From positions 34,534,001 through 34,598,000 of the forward strand of contig OZ024755.1 of assembly GCA_964016885.1 (NCBI GenBank): 64,000 bases of DNA, in the 5' to 3' direction. Source of the DNA: Eledone cirrhosa. Its lineage: Eukaryota. The notes under the pieces are model-generated. The model saw only the letters and a list, made by a program, of their open reading frames with translations. It did no database searches and was not told the DNA's origin. Below, piece after piece: positions 28,636 through 43,130 of this stretch. Both the position numbers and the translations under genes were made by a program. Positions within the stretch are counted from its first letter, which is position 1, and every line of letters begins with the position of its first letter.

Positions 28636-29067
28636 ATGTATTTCTAAGCACTCTTTGGTTAGTCCTATAACTGTAACGGCTCTGTAGTATACTAGTTATC
28701 CTACATTGAGCTAAAACCACACTGTCATACCAAGGGTAATATATCCACATGTCTGGGCATATTGATATATTTGTCAACAAAATATATATATATACATACA
28801 CACACAATATATATATATATATATAACGCATGCTAGCGTGGAAGATGGACGTTAAACGATGAGAGAGAGAGAGAGAGAGAGAGTCAAGATGGTAAGAGAA
28901 AGAAAGAACAAAAAGAAAAGTATATAAAGAGATAAAATGAAAAAAATAGAGGAAAGTATGCCATAGGTGATGTAGGTACTTTTACAGTTTTGCTATTTCG
29001 GTTTCTTGATATTAAATTAGTAGATTCAAAGTTCTACGATACACAGCTAAATTATTTGTTATCGGCA

Positions 29068-29107
<40 letters not shown>

Positions 29108-29578
29108 TTGTATTTCTATTATTTCATTTTATTTCATTAATAATTTTTTTCCTCAACAAAACTTATTGCACGGATGAAGGATTTTTCGCCTGAAATAATC
29201 ATCTATATATAATAGGAATTACATAAAGGAAAATTAAAATTAAATTTAGAGTTAAAATAGAAGCTAATTAGTTTTCTCATATCTACAGAGTCAGTATGGT
29301 GTCTATTCATCTGGAAAGTAGTACCATCTTACCAGAGGGAGAGTTGGAAAGTACATCTCGTAGTGAAACAAGCAATTATTGAAGACAGAAAAGTCTTACG
29401 CATAACATGGATCAGGGATCTTAAAGCATTTATCACCATACCTCATCCATGGCTAGATATTGGAGATATTACATATAAACAACACTCACTAAAACAATAT
29501 GTAACTGAGAAGGAAATTTTAAGTCCTGAAATATTAGGATGAATAATACCCCTACCAAAACAAAGATTACAATGTAAC

Positions 29579-29734
29579 CAGTGTCAGATCTACCATTGTG
29601 CTTAAGCACAAGGCTCCGTTGACCAGGGGAAGCCCATCTTCCCATCAAACATGTTTTTACCTCCTTCAGGGCCCAAGTGAGGGGCCTCATAATTCAACTA
29701 GCACAGGGTCTCATTTGTCCTAAATCTGGCAATG
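29579..29734. mobile_element. Possible old hAT-like MITE
   Basis: Imperfect terminal inverted repeats cagtgtcagat/atctggcaatg and internal gggccc-rich motifs. A related piece lies at ~5785-5938. Confidence 0.35.
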
Positions 29735-30812
29735 TAGGTAACTAACTTTTTCATTCTCTTCAGAGGCTAAAACAATGCAAAATGGATGATAAATCCATTT
29801 TGCGTTGTTTTAGCCTTCTAATATATCACTTCCACATTATATATTATTATAGGGCTAGTTAGACATGTGAAATTGTAGAACATTGGATAACATGACTAGC
29901 AGTATTTATTCTGGTTCTTTATGTCTTGAGTTCAAATTCTGCCAAGGTTGATTTTGCCTTTTATCCTCTTGAGAGGGTCAATAAAATAAAGTACCATTTC
30001 AGAGCAGTGGTTTGATAGATTTGTTAGGGTATCAGGGAAAAATACCATGCAGCATTTGTTGTAGGTCTTTATGTAGTGAGTTTGTTGGAATGATCATAGA
30101 TATAAATACATTAGTCATTCCAATTATAAACTATAGCTTCAATAAAGCTTAGACCCCCCCCCCCCAAAAAAAAAAACCATTCTCCTTCTTTCCCACTTAT
30201 TCCTGAGAAGGTTGTGGAGGCAGGATCCTCAAACACTCCTTCCAGCAGGTTCTGTCAGAAACAACCATCTCCAACTGATCCCCCACCCCACACACACACC
30301 AAAAGAAACCCCCTGAAACTTACACACTGATTTCTGAAGTCACCATTTCAAACTTGATATAGTTATGATATAAATACCTTGTACTGTAGGAGGGTGAGAT
30401 CTGATATAGAGAACTGATACAAATTAATCTTGCTTGGTCCAGAAATATACTTAGAAGCAAGCAAAGATATACAGATTAGTTTTATTAGGGAGTATGAGAA
30501 AAAAACAACTGTGTTTCTATATATAAGGAAATAAAGTCCAACCTAGAAGCTAATTACACCAAAGAGAGGTGCTTAGATAAGGATAAAAAATATCTAAAAA
30601 AAAAAGCTCCACAAATAAAAGAGAAAGTAAAACTAAAAAACAATAGCAAATGATGGCTCAAAGGAGCTAGTATCAGATATTAAAGTTGTATCTGCCATCT
30701 AGATTTAGCAGAGAAAGAAATATATGCTGTGACTGTTGACAGTAAATATATATTGCAAACTGTAGATAGTTGATTCAATTGCTGAGAAATAGATATCAAA
30801 GGAAAATATATA

Positions 30813-31050
30813 TTTGACAAGCTACATGTCTATATATGGTGTTTAACAAGCTACATGTCTATATATGGTGTTTAAAATGCTACATGTCTATATACAGTGT
30901 TTAACAAGCTTCACGTCTATATAAGGTCTTTAACAAACTACATGTCTATATATGGTGTTTAATAAGCTACATGCCTATATATGGTGTTTAAAAAGCTACA
31001 TGTGGTGTTTGTTGATCTGGATAAAGCCTTTGATTATGTTTCCAGTGGAA
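30813..31050 (+). repeat. 29-bp minisatellite (~6.5 units) running into a LINE RT remnant
   Basis: Unit tttaacaagctacatgtctatatatggtg. The last unit continues as KLHVVFVDLDKAFDYV. Confidence 0.85.
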
Positions 31051-31081
31051 CATTCTAGTTAGAATTTCCAAATCTTAAACA

Positions 31082-31344
31082 CATACAGACAAGCACCATG
31101 TACTGGGACTCACTCTCACAAATCTAAAGAACCTGAGACACAGACAAGCACCATGTACTGGGACTCTCACAAAACTGTAAAGAACCTGAGACACAGACAA
31201 GCACCATGTACTGGGACTCTCACAAAACTATAAAGAACCTGAGATACAGACAAGCACCATGTACTGGGACTCTCACAAAACTATAAAGAACCTGAGACAC
31301 AGACAAGCACCATGTACTGGGACTCACTCTCACAAAACTATAAA
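31082..31344. repeat. 53-bp minisatellite (~5 units)
   Basis: Unit acagacaagcaccatgtactgggactctcacaaaactataaagaacctgagac (e.g. at 31140 and 31193). Confidence 0.92.
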
Positions 31345-32269
31345 ATGTTCAAAAATGTTTGTGTTTTACTAGAATCACCTAGAATGAGGAAAACAGACTC
31401 CAATGTGATGATTTATTTAGACATGTTTCAGTATATGTCCCTCCCACTCACAGAAACATTTTAGGACCTGTCATCTAAACCATTAGGATACTTTTAGCAG
31501 CTGTATGTTTAGAAATTTCCGAAATAACAGTATTGAAAATAAAAGAAAACCAATGCTAATGACACACTGGGAAATTGTAGTAAACACATATTCATTATCT
31601 AGCAATATATGGTTTGGTGCAAGATTTATGTTTTATGTTACATTTTTATCAATATTTTCCTGTCCTCAAATTGCTTACTGCACACTTAGCAGCTAATTAA
31701 ATGATATTCATTATACTGTAGTCTCTTTATGTAATAAATGCATTTAAAAATACCTTGATAGACAACTAAAAGTTGACAATAATGACATTTGAAATCCCTG
31801 GGGTTGCTGATATCAGAGAATTGTATAGTACATCATTAACTTTGGTAAGACTTCATTAGTATATTAACGGTTGTTGCTGCTCAAAGGTTTATTTATTGAA
31901 GTTTAATACAACTTGACTTATCACAGTTAATCACAACTATTGTTCTAGCAGTTTCACACACTGAAATAAATAACCCTTAATGTAGTGTAAATGATTTTAG
32001 AAGCCCAAAGGAAGAAAAAAATATAATAACATTCTAATTTCAAATTTTGTCAATCTTATAATCTTAATATATATAAACAAATTATTTTAATGCACATAAT
32101 GGTTTCAGATTTAGCACAAGGCTAGAAATTTACCCTAGTGCTTACTGGTGCTTTATTTTAACGACCCCCGTAATGATTCAGCTCCCACACAAACCACTAT
32201 TCATAAATACTATCTGTTGTAGGGAAAAAACCCTGAACACCCCCGTGTAACTAAAAGTGTTTTGTCTCT

Positions 32270-32368
32270 CACCATTGTAACAGGTGTGTCACCATTGTAA
32301 CAGGTGTGTCTCACCATTGTAACAGGTGTGTCTCACCATTGTAACAGGGGTGTCTCACCATTGTAACA
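32270..32368. repeat. ~22-bp tandem repeat (4-5 units)
   Basis: Unit tcaccattgtaacaggtgtgtc. Confidence 0.9.
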
Positions 32369-34818
32369 CTATCCTTGCTCCCCACAGCATGCTCTCTACC
32401 ACTACAATTTCTTCTCTGGCCATCAATTTACAGATGTCAAGGCAGTATATCATTGTCATTAGTGTCAGAGAAAATGTGAAGTTCATAGATATAGCCTTTA
32501 CCTTCAAACTAAGCCATAAATAATTTTAGTGTTCTTGGATGAGTAACAAAGGAAAATTTGTACAAAAGGGAAATATGTTTTGTTTTAACTATAGAAAATA
32601 AATTTCTCTGGTTATTTAGCATTAACTCATTTCTACAGAGTTTCTGAAAAAACCCCCAGGTAATTGTTGATGTTTGACAATTTAGTTTAGTAGGTATTTT
32701 GGTACTAGAATAAGGAAGTGTTATATAACTAATTACATAAACTTCGAGATAATTAAGAAAAAGAAACCTTTAAAGTCGTAAACAATTTTAATAGAAAACC
32801 TACACAAGCAGTGTAATATAAACTACTACTATTTTCTATAGCAAGATATATCTTCTAATTTAAGAAAACATTGTTTAGACTATGTACGTCATTTGCTTCA
32901 AAATATGTAATCTATGATATGTTTTAATGAATTATCTAAAACCTTTATAAATCACTTTGTTGATAGTGAAATATACTTTATCAAGGCTTAAATGCCACAA
33001 TGGAAGATTTTGTATAGGAATGTAAAAATTTGGAAAATTTTCTTTAAATATTTCACTGTTAAAATGTTTTTGTTTTATTGTTTACAAATAAGAATCTATT
33101 CAAACATGTATATCAAAACTTCACACCCCTTTCTCAGAATAAATTGTATTTAATAAAATGAAGGAATTTATAAATGGTTACTTAGCCTAGTTAGAATAAT
33201 AGCAAAAACTCTTTCAAATTAACATTAAAAAATTTCTATTTACAAAAGTAAAAAAAGAAGTGTGGAAGATGCCCACACTGAATGACATGCCACAAGAATT
33301 GAGAGTTTTTTTTCTTAAAACTATTGAGATATGCCAACACACTTTCAGCATTGCTGCAAGTGATACCAAAGCTATCCAACCATCTTGTTCATGGTCTACC
33401 TCTGGGTCTCCTGCTAGTTGATTTTGCCTATAAAATCTGTCCAGTGATTCTTTCCTTAGACATTCAAACTATATGTTCTTAGTGTCAGAGATATGATCTT
33501 TTGATTTGGAGAAGTAATGGCTCTACCTGAAGTGACTCCATAATTTTTAAGCAGAGCCTTTCACAACAAGTCCCATGGATATTTGGTCGTCTGTGTTGCA
33601 TCCAGAGTGAAAAACTTCACTTTGTTAGCTTCATGTTTATTATGAAAAATATCTATGTAAATAAAGTTTGTTGTTTGCTATTAAAAAGACACAACTTAAC
33701 AATTTAGAATAAATTACTTGAATTTTCTAGCAAGGAATTTTGTGAACAAGAGAAATTATACTTCATACTAGCTTGGGGGAAACTCTGAAAAAAATAATTT
33801 GTAAATCTCTTTTGAAAGAAAAAGAAACAAAACATTAGATGTTTTATAAGAAAATTTCTATTTCAATAATGCAGAAATTCACATTCATCAACAAAAAATA
33901 TTTCAGGCAATGCTATTGTCTTATGGTTTATGTAAGTACAATTGGCTTCCATTGCCCTTTTGGTAATCATTAACAAAAGCATCAATCTCTCTATTTCCTG
34001 TTTTCAAAGAATTTATTTCTACCTGTACAATGTGTATTTATCGTACCCTAAGGAGTCTCAATCGATTTTTTTCCAAACTACTTGGTTGTGTCTCTCCCTC
34101 AAGGCTTTTGATAGATCAACAATATGAAACCTATTTCTATAAATAATTTGTCCTACACCAATGTGCTATTTTAAATTTACACAGAGCACATCGATATACA
34201 CACATACATATATATGTGTGTGTAAATAGATTTTCAATAATATGTATGTAGGTGTTTATGTATATATGCATTTATATGTGTGTGTGTATATATATATATG
34301 TATGTATATGTATATATATATATATATATATGTAAAGAACATGTGTATTCAGAAAATGTACTGTTGATGCAATAAAAAATTATATATATATCATCATCAT
34401 CATCGTTTAACGTCCATCTTCCATGGGTTAGACAATTTTGTTCCATTTGATGTGGGAATGGTCGATAGACCGTGTCTCGCTTGTGTGTATATATATATAT
34501 ATATCATCATCACCGTTTTACATCCGTTCTTTCATGCTAGCATAGATATATATATGGAAGCACATGGCTTAGTGGTTAGAGCAGCCAATATTCTATTTGT
34601 AGTAAATGCAAACGAGCATCTCCAGCTGTTGCTTCATAAACGAAAATTATATAAGCTATAGTTTATTCTTGTCTTAGTACTGATTGATTAAATATCACTT
34701 ATGGTAGATGAAAATCCAGAAACATGTGTCTGACACTATCATGTGGCTACTGAGACAGTGATGACATGATCAGGACTTAAAATATTCATAGTGAGACTCT
34801 TGCATATTTATTACACAT

Positions 34819-35182
34819 GGAGGCACATGACTTAGTGGTTAGAGCATTGGCCTTGCAATCTAAAGGTTGTGAGATCAATTCTCAGACTGGGTGATGTGTT
34901 GTTTCCTTGAGCAAGACACTTTATTTCACATTGCTCCAGTTTACTCAGCTGTAGAAATGAGATGATAGGGACCGGGGTCCCTATCATTCCACTGCAAAGT
35001 GGTCGTGGAGGTGCCACGGCAAAAAAGCACCCAGCACTCACTGTAAATGAGGTTGGGGTTAGGAAGGGCATCCAGCTGTAGAAATCAAGCCAGAATCAGT
35101 TCCCATCTCCCGTCCCACCTTTGCAAGTAGGGAAAAGCGGACGGAAAATGATGATCATGATGATCATGATGATCATGATGAT
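34819..35182 (+). mobile_element. SINE family A
   Basis: A-box cttagtgg, B-box-like gagatcaattc, CORE-like ccttgagcaagacacttta...cagtttactcagctgtagaaatgag, and an RTE-type tail. Confidence 0.9.
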
Positions 35183-35350
35183 ACTAATAATATTATTTAT
35201 ACTTATATATGAGTTATATATAATTATAAATATGATATAATTATAAATTATAATGTATGCACCGAATATTCCAGACAGTTGTCTGGAAGAAATGATCGTC
35301 AAGCAATTAAATGTATTAAGCAAAAATTTGATTGTTTTATATTTTGTATA

Positions 35351-35387
<37 letters not shown>

Positions 35388-35389
35388 GT

Positions 35390-35683
35390 GAAGGCGTGTG
35401 GCTGAGTGGTTAGAGCATTGTTGGCCTTGCAATCGAAAGGTTGCGAGTTCAATTCTCAGACCGGGTGATGTGTTGTTTCCTTGAGCAAGACACTTTATTT
35501 CACATTGCTCCAGTTTACTCAGCTGTAGAAATGAGATGATAGGGACTGGGGTCCAATATCATTCCACTGCAAAGTGGTCGTGGAGGTGCCACGGCAAAAA
35601 AGCACCCAGCACTCACTGTAAATCAGTTCCCGTCCCACCCTTGCAAGCAGGGAAAAAGCGGACGTAAAATGAAATGATGATGA
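35390..35683 (+). mobile_element. SINE family A (internal deletion)
   Basis: Same consensus but lacking the AGGAAGGGCATCC box. Confidence 0.88.
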
Positions 35684-35950
35684 TAAGAAACAGAAGTTTA
35701 AAATGCAATTGGAATCTTTAAGGAGGGTTATTTATAAGAACTTATAACTTTACCGGTTTTACAAGTGTTTTGATTTTCTAAAGTTAAGAGAGATGTAGAG
35801 ATGTGGGTTACAAGTCAGCCTAGCCACATATCTCTCCATCTCTCTTAACTTTTGAAAATCATGAAACCTGTGAAACAGGCAAAGTTATGAATTATTGTAA
35901 ATAACCCTTCTAAAAGACTCCAACTGCTTTTTTAAACTTCTTTTTCCTAT
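35683..35950. mobile_element. Fold-back element, family H2 (U3-A8 hammerhead variant in both arms)
   Basis: Imperfect ~125-bp arms centred near 35815. Right arm AACTT-TTGAAAA...GAAAC-AG-GCA-AAGTT. Left arm (minus) TAACTT-TAGAAAA...AAAAC-CG-GTA-AAGTTA. Confidence 0.65.
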
Positions 35951-36579
35951 ATTTTTACACATGTGGGATATATTTTTTTTTTAAATGAGCCAAGGAGGGT
36001 GCTTCTATGCAGTTGTTCAACCTGCTATAAATAGCAGCCACATTTTCCTCAAATCACTCTTTATATTTTTGATAAAGGAAAGACACATTGGATAACGTGA
36101 TGATAGATATATGTTGATTTCCTAATAAAATACATGATGGTCATGGTAGGAACATCTTTGATCATAGGTGTCTTGGATCAAGGTTGACCCAGGGCTAAAA
36201 CACAACATAAACATGAAAATGTCGACAGTTATAGATTTAACAGTAACAGCAGTACCAACAACAGTAACAACAGGAACAACAGTAACAGCAATAGTTATAA
36301 TGGAGATGAGAGTGGTGTTGATGATGATGATGATGATGATGATGGAGATGATGATAATGACAATTATGATCATCACCATTACCCCCCCCCCCCCCCCATC
36401 ATGAGCATTCTCCTATTAGAACCACAACCACCACCAAGAGGAGGAGGAGGAGTAGGAGTAGGAAGAAGATGGGAAGGAGGAGGCGAGAGGGGGAGGCGAG
36501 AAAGGTGAATAGGGGGAGGTGGGGAATATTAGGAGGGGAGAAGAGGGGGAGTGAAGAGGGGAGGAGAAGACAGTAATAA

Positions 36580-38194
36580 AAAGAAGAACAACAATAGCAA
36601 TAACGACAACGACGACAACAACAGTAACAACAACGACTACAAGGAAAACGACTGCAACAACAACAACAACAGTAGCAGCAGCAACAGCAACGACGACAAC
36701 GGCAGCAATAACAACAACAACCACAACAACAAAAACAATGACAATGACAACAGTAACAACAACAACAACAACAACAGTTACAATGACAACAACGACAACA
36801 ACAGTAACAATGACAACAACGACAACAACAGTAACAATGACAGCAACAACAACAACAACAACGACGACAGCAATAACAACAACAACCACAACAAAAACAA
36901 TGACAACAATAACAACAACAGTAACAACACCAACACCAACAGTAACACCAACAGTAATAACAACAACAGTAACAACAACAGTAACAACACCAACACCAAC
37001 AGTAACACCAACAGTAACAACAACAACAGTAACAACACCAACAACAGTAACAATGACAACAACAACAACACCAACACCAACAGTAACAACACCAACAGTA
37101 ACAACACCAACACCAACAGTAACAACAACAACAGTAACAACACCAACAACAGTAACAATGACAACAACAACAACACCAACACCAACAGTAACAACACCAA
37201 CAGTAACAACACCAACACCAACAGTAACACCAACAGTAACAACAACAACAGTAACAACACCAACAACAGTAACAATGACAACAACAACAACACCAACACC
37301 AACAGTAACAACACCAACAGTAACAACACCAACACCAACAGTAACACCAACAGTAACAACAACAACAGTAACAACACCAACAACAGTAACAATGACAACA
37401 ACAACAACACCAACACCAACAGTAACAACACCAACAGTAACAACACCAACACCAACACCAACAGTAACAACAACAGTAACACCAACAGTAACAACACCAA
37501 CAGTAACACCAACAACCACAACAAAAACAATGACAACAATAACAACAACAGTAACAACACCAACAACAACAACAGTAACAACACCAACACCAACAGTAAT
37601 AACAACAACAGTAACAACACCAACACCAACAGTAACAACACCAACAACAGTGTCTCTGTTAGAAATCTAGATATATTTTGCCTGTTTGTCATCCATATAA
37701 TCTGTGTGAATGTAATATTTATTAGACTAGTGGAGTGTAACATGAAGTTAGCACATGTAAGAGGCAAGTTGTTATTGATGTTAGATAATTGCTCATAATT
37801 TCTACACCGTTTAGATGTTTGCAGTACTGTAAACAGTCTCAGTCACAGAGCTCTTAATTAAACATAACTAAACTATGACAAAAGAAGGAGATTTTATGTG
37901 GTGCGGTGGGGTGCGGTGCGGTGCGGCGGGGTGGGGTGCGGTGGGGTGGGGCGGGGTGGGGTGCGGTGGGGTGAGGTGGGGTGCGGTGGGGTGGGGTGGA
38001 GTGCGGTGGGGGCTGTATGTGAGTGAGAGGGAGAGAGGGGCAGGAACAGAGAGGGGGAGGGGGCAGAAAGAGAGGAATGGAGAGAGAGAGAGGGGGGGGG
38101 GCATGGAAAGGGGGGAAGGGACAGAAAGAGAGGAATGGAGAGAGAGAGGGGGGGAGAGGAAGAGAGAGAGAGAGAGAGAGAGAAAACAAGAGGG

Positions 38195-38229
<35 letters not shown>

Positions 38230-40080
38230 GAAAGATGGAGAGAGAGAAAGAGAGAGAAGGAGAGAGATAGATAGAGAGAGACAGTCAGAGAGAGAGAGAG
38301 GGGGGACAAGAGAGAGAGAGAGAGAACAAGAGAGAGTGTGTGCGTATATATGTATATACAATTGCTGTCTTCTACTCTAGTCTCCGCTGGACCAATTTCT
38401 TGGGAGCAGAATTTGGTTGATGGAAAGTTCATCCATTACCACACCACCAACACACCACCAACACAAACACACCACCAACACACCACCATCACACCACCAA
38501 CACACCACCAACACACCACCAACACACCACCACCACCAACACACCACCAACACCAACACACCACCAACACCAACACACCACCAACACACCACCAACACCA
38601 ACACACCACCAACACACCACCATCACACCACCAACACACCACCAACACACCACCAACACACCACCAACACACTACCAAAACACTACCAACACACTACCAA
38701 CACACCACCAACACCAACACACCACCAACACCAACACACCACCAACACACCACCAACACCAACACACCACCAACACCAACACACCACCAACACACCACCA
38801 CCACCAACACACCACCAACACCAACACACCACCAACACACCACCAACACCAACACACCACCAACACACCACCAACACCAACACACCACCAACACACCACC
38901 ATCACACCACCAACACACCACCAACACACCACCAACACACCACCAACACACTACCAAAACACTACCAAAACACTACCAACACACTACCAACACACCACCA
39001 ACACCAACACACCACCAACACACAACCAATACACAACCAACACACAACCAACACACCACCAACACACAACCAACACCAACACACCACCAACACACCACCA
39101 CTTACACTACCAACACACCACTTACACCACCTAACACACCACCAACACACCACCTAACACACCACCAACACACCACCTAACACACCACCAACACACCACT
39201 TACACCACCAACACACCACTTACACCACCAACACACCACTTACACTACCAACACACCACTTACACTACCAACACACCACTTACACTACCAACACACCACT
39301 TACACTACCAACACACCACTTACACTACCAACACACCACTTACACTACCAACACACCACTTACACTACCAACACACCACTTACACTACCAACACACCACC
39401 AACACACCACCAACACACCACCAACACACCAGCTAACACACACACACAAGCATAATTAAGCTTGTAAGTATACTTGACCATAGATAAAGCAGTAGAAGTA
39501 ACCTAAGGAAGAGCTGGGTGGAGGTGGTGCGGGGTGGGTGGGTGGAGGCGTGGGGAGCTGGGTGGAGGTGGTGGGAGCTGGGTGGGGGTGGGTGGAGGTG
39601 GTGGGGGCGGGGTGGGGGGGAGCTGCTTGGGGGGGCTGCGTGGAGGTGGGGGGGGGGGGGGGGGGCTTTGAGCTGGTGGAGGTGGGGGGAGCTGTGGAGG
39701 TGGTGGGAGCTGGGTGGAGGTGAGCTGACCTCCAATTACAGGGACCCACAGAGAGCAGGATGAAGGAATGTGATGAGTGGAGGGATGCTGTTGAAAAGGA
39801 CCCGTCCAATCCATGCAAGCATGAAAAAAACATGCAAAATTGATGTAAAATTGATGATGATGATGATAATGAGTATGCTGCTGATGATAATGATGATGAT
39901 GATGATGATGGTGATGATGACGATGTTGATGATGATTATGATGATGATGATTATGATGATTATGATGATGTTGATAATGATAATGCTACTGATGATAATG
40001 ATGACAATAGTAATGATGACGCAACTGATGTTGAAGGTGATGACGACGATGGTTGCTGATGATGATGATGATGATGATGA
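36580..40080. repeat. Cluster of simple repeats: (AAC)-derived 36580-37650, GGTGC/G 37900-38010, (GA)n, ACACACC/20-bp array 38420-39430, (ATG)n 39850-40080
   Basis: Direct inspection. These explain the poly-T/V/N/H pseudo-ORFs. Confidence 0.95.
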
Positions 40081-40535
40081 TATTGCTACTGCTGATAATG
40101 TCCACCATGACAACAAACAAAAATCAATAATGCTTGAAATAAAGTCAATTTTATAATGATCAAAATAAAACAAAATCAAAACCAATGATAAAAAAAAAAC
40201 TCCTATAAAATGGTAAAAGGAAAAAAAAAAATACCTTGCATCTAATTTTAATATTTATTGATGACAAACTGAGAAGATTGACGCGATTATGTCCTACCTT
40301 TGATGCAGCAATACTTTTAAAAATAAGGTTATCTTAACATGAAGTTAAGTTTATGGTAGAAGATGAAAGGCCAAGCTTTCACAATGCCATATAATTTTAC
40401 TGGATACATTTTTCTTCTTGCTTCCAAGTGTGGAATTTTTCATTTAAATTATTATTTAAATAATTAAGAGATTTGACAAATTTGCCTAGAATTGTTAATT
40501 TATTGATATCCATTGAGGTCAACTTTACCTTTTAA

Positions 40536-41325
40536 CCCTTTACCATTTACATTACTCTATATATACTATTGTATTTTCTCAGTAAAGGCTTTACCTCACA
40601 TAATATCTCATAACATTTACGTTACTCTATATATACTATTGTATTTTCACAGTAAAGGCTTTACCTCACATAATATCTCACATAACATTTACATTACTCT
40701 ATATTTACTATTATATTTCACAGTAAAGGCTTTACCTCACATAATATCTCACATAACATTTACATTACTCTACATATACTATTATCTTTTCACAGTAAAG
40801 GCTTTACCTCACATAATATCTCACATAACATTTACATTACTCTATATTTACTATTATATTTCACAGTAAAGATTTACCTCACATAATATCTCATAACATT
40901 TACATTACTCTATATATACTATTGTATTTTCACAGTAAAGGCTTTATCTCACATAATATCTCACATAACATTTACATTACTCTATATATACTATTGTATT
41001 TTCACAGTAAAGGCTTTATCTCACATAATATCTCACATAACATTTACATTACTGTATATATACTATTGTATTTTCACAGTAAAGGCTTTATCTCACATAA
41101 TATCTCACATAACATTTACATTACTCTATATATACTATTATATTTTCATAGTAAAGGCTTTACCTCACATAATTATCTCACATAATATTGAATCTATGCG
41201 ATTTTGATATTATTTATTTTGAGAACAATACCTTAACACCTGTATGAGTGGCCGGTTATGGGCGGTTTGAACAGAAAGAGGTGAGAGAATTCTGGCCAGA
41301 TACGTTTGGCTTAAATGCTAAAGGA
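40536..41325. mobile_element. TTAA MITE with an internal 72-bp minisatellite (~9 units)
   Basis: TTAA at 40532-35 and 41326-29 around the array. Confidence 0.9.
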
Positions 41326-41339
41326 TTAACCTCCTGACA

Positions 41340-41940
41340 TAGATAAATTAAAGTACCAGTAAAATACTGGAGTAGATTTAATTGGCCTCCCACTATCCAT
41401 AACATTGCTGGCCTTGTAACTAAATTACAAACCATTATTATTATTATGGCGGTGGATTGGCAGTATCGGCAGAGGGTCGGACGTCATGCTTTCCAGGATA
41501 GTTACGCCCCTTTACGGTCTGAGTTCAAATCCCGCCGAGGTTAACTTTGCCTTTCATCCTTACGGGGTCGATAAAATAAAGTACCAGTAATGTACTGGGT
41601 AATTGATGGCCTTGTACCAAAAGTAGAAACAATTATTATTATTATTATTATTATTAGGGCAGTATTGGTAGAGTGTCAGCCACCATGCTTTGCAGCATAG
41701 AGTTATGGCCCTTTATGTTCTGAGTTCAAATCCCACCAAGGTTAGCTTTGCTTTTAATCTTTACAGGGTCGATAAAATAAACACCAGTTGATTTAATTTG
41801 GTCCTTTATTTTATCGACTCCGTAAGGATGAAAGTCAAAGCTAACCTTCGTGGGATTTGAACTCAGAACGTAAAGGGCCATAATTCTATGCTGCAAAGCA
41901 TGGTGTCCGATGCTCTGATGATACTGCCAATCCACCACCC
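41340..41940. mobile_element. Cluster of four SINE-B copies (three plus, one minus)
   Basis: Copies at ~41340-41447, 41448-41655, 41657-41790 (+) and 41795-41940 (-). Confidence 0.85.
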
Positions 41941-42189
41941 TACACCAGCTTAATAATGAGAAGGTTAGTTATATTACTAAATCTCTTCAAATTCTTCCTT
42001 ATTTTCAACATTAATTGAAAATCATAGGTAATGCTTGGCTGGTGTATTCTAAAAACTGTTCATGTGAACAAAATCAGTCTTTCTGGGTCTACCTCATCCA
42101 CAGGCTCCGTCCAATAAGATTGCCATACACTTCTTTAATCAGCAGTCATCTTCCATTTTCCCCAATTGTGCTTTACCAATACCGTCTTT

Positions 42190-43130
42190 ACTTTTAGACA
42201 CTACATCTTATTCCGTTCAGACTGAGCTTTTCTCTCAGTTAATTTATGTTACATTGTTGTTCATGTACACTAATATTACACATCTATCACACTTGCTTAA
42301 TTTCTTTCAAGCTTTTGTAGATCTACTGTCAACACCCATGTTGCATTGCCATGCAGCATCACAAACTGCATGCAAGCATCATGCAGTTTATCATTTAACC
42401 CTTTAGCATTTACATTACTCAATATATACTATTGTATTTTTGTGGTAAAGGCTTTATCTTACATAATTATCTCACATAATATTGAATCTACGAGATTTTG
42501 ATGTTATTTATTTTGGGAACAATACCTTAATGTAGGTATGAGCAGCCAGTTACAGCTGGTTTGAACAGAAAGAGGTGAGAGAGTTCTGGCCAGATATGGC
42601 TGGCTTAAATGCTAAAAGGTTAATCTGAGGGAGAAGCTCTTTTTGCCAGCAGAGGTACTAGCTCTCTGAACTTCTTCCAGCATGTTCTTTTCACTTCAGA
42701 TTAGGTGACCACAATAAGAAAAACTCTCAAGAAATTCCAGGGATCCACCAAGTAGCTAGAGCATCTATTTCATATGAGGTCTTAGTACTCATTTTTCCTG
42801 TGCATCTACCACACACAAAGTCTATTTCCTTTGATAAACAGACTAATTTTACAACATATCATGTGCATCTATAGTTTACACTGTGTGTACTTTATGCAAT
42901 TTTTGCCCACTGCTTTCCAGCATATCAAGTAAGGCTATTTCCCTGATGGTATTAGAGTTTTATGTTTTTTCCTACTTATTAAGGCTTTATTCTTTGCTAA
43001 GTTTACTTTCAGGCCTTTTGATTCTAAGTTTTGCTTCTATGCCTCTAATTATTCTACATATTAAGATATAAAGACTAGATCATCAGCATACAGGAGATCC
43101 CACTGACAGCTAGTTTTAAATTCTACTGTT
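42190..43130 (-). mobile_element. Decayed RTE fragment with a nested TTAA MITE (42399-42619)
   Basis: WDLLYADDL, a zinc-finger remnant and WKKFRELVPLL on minus. TTAA TSD at 42395-98 and 42620-23. Confidence 0.8.

Larger units (their letters stand above)
27539..28782 (+). mobile_element. ~1.24-kb non-coding Penelope-like/retrozyme-like element with inverted hammerhead-bearing terminal repeats
   Basis: 113-bp inverted repeats at 27539-27651 and 28560-28672, an unpaired ~110-bp tail, (TA)n on both flanks, and no recognisable ORF. Confidence 0.7.

Noticed and set aside
31082-31344. CRISPR-like regular repeat
   Set aside because: The units are contiguous and nearly identical, with no variable spacers. 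It is a minisatellite.
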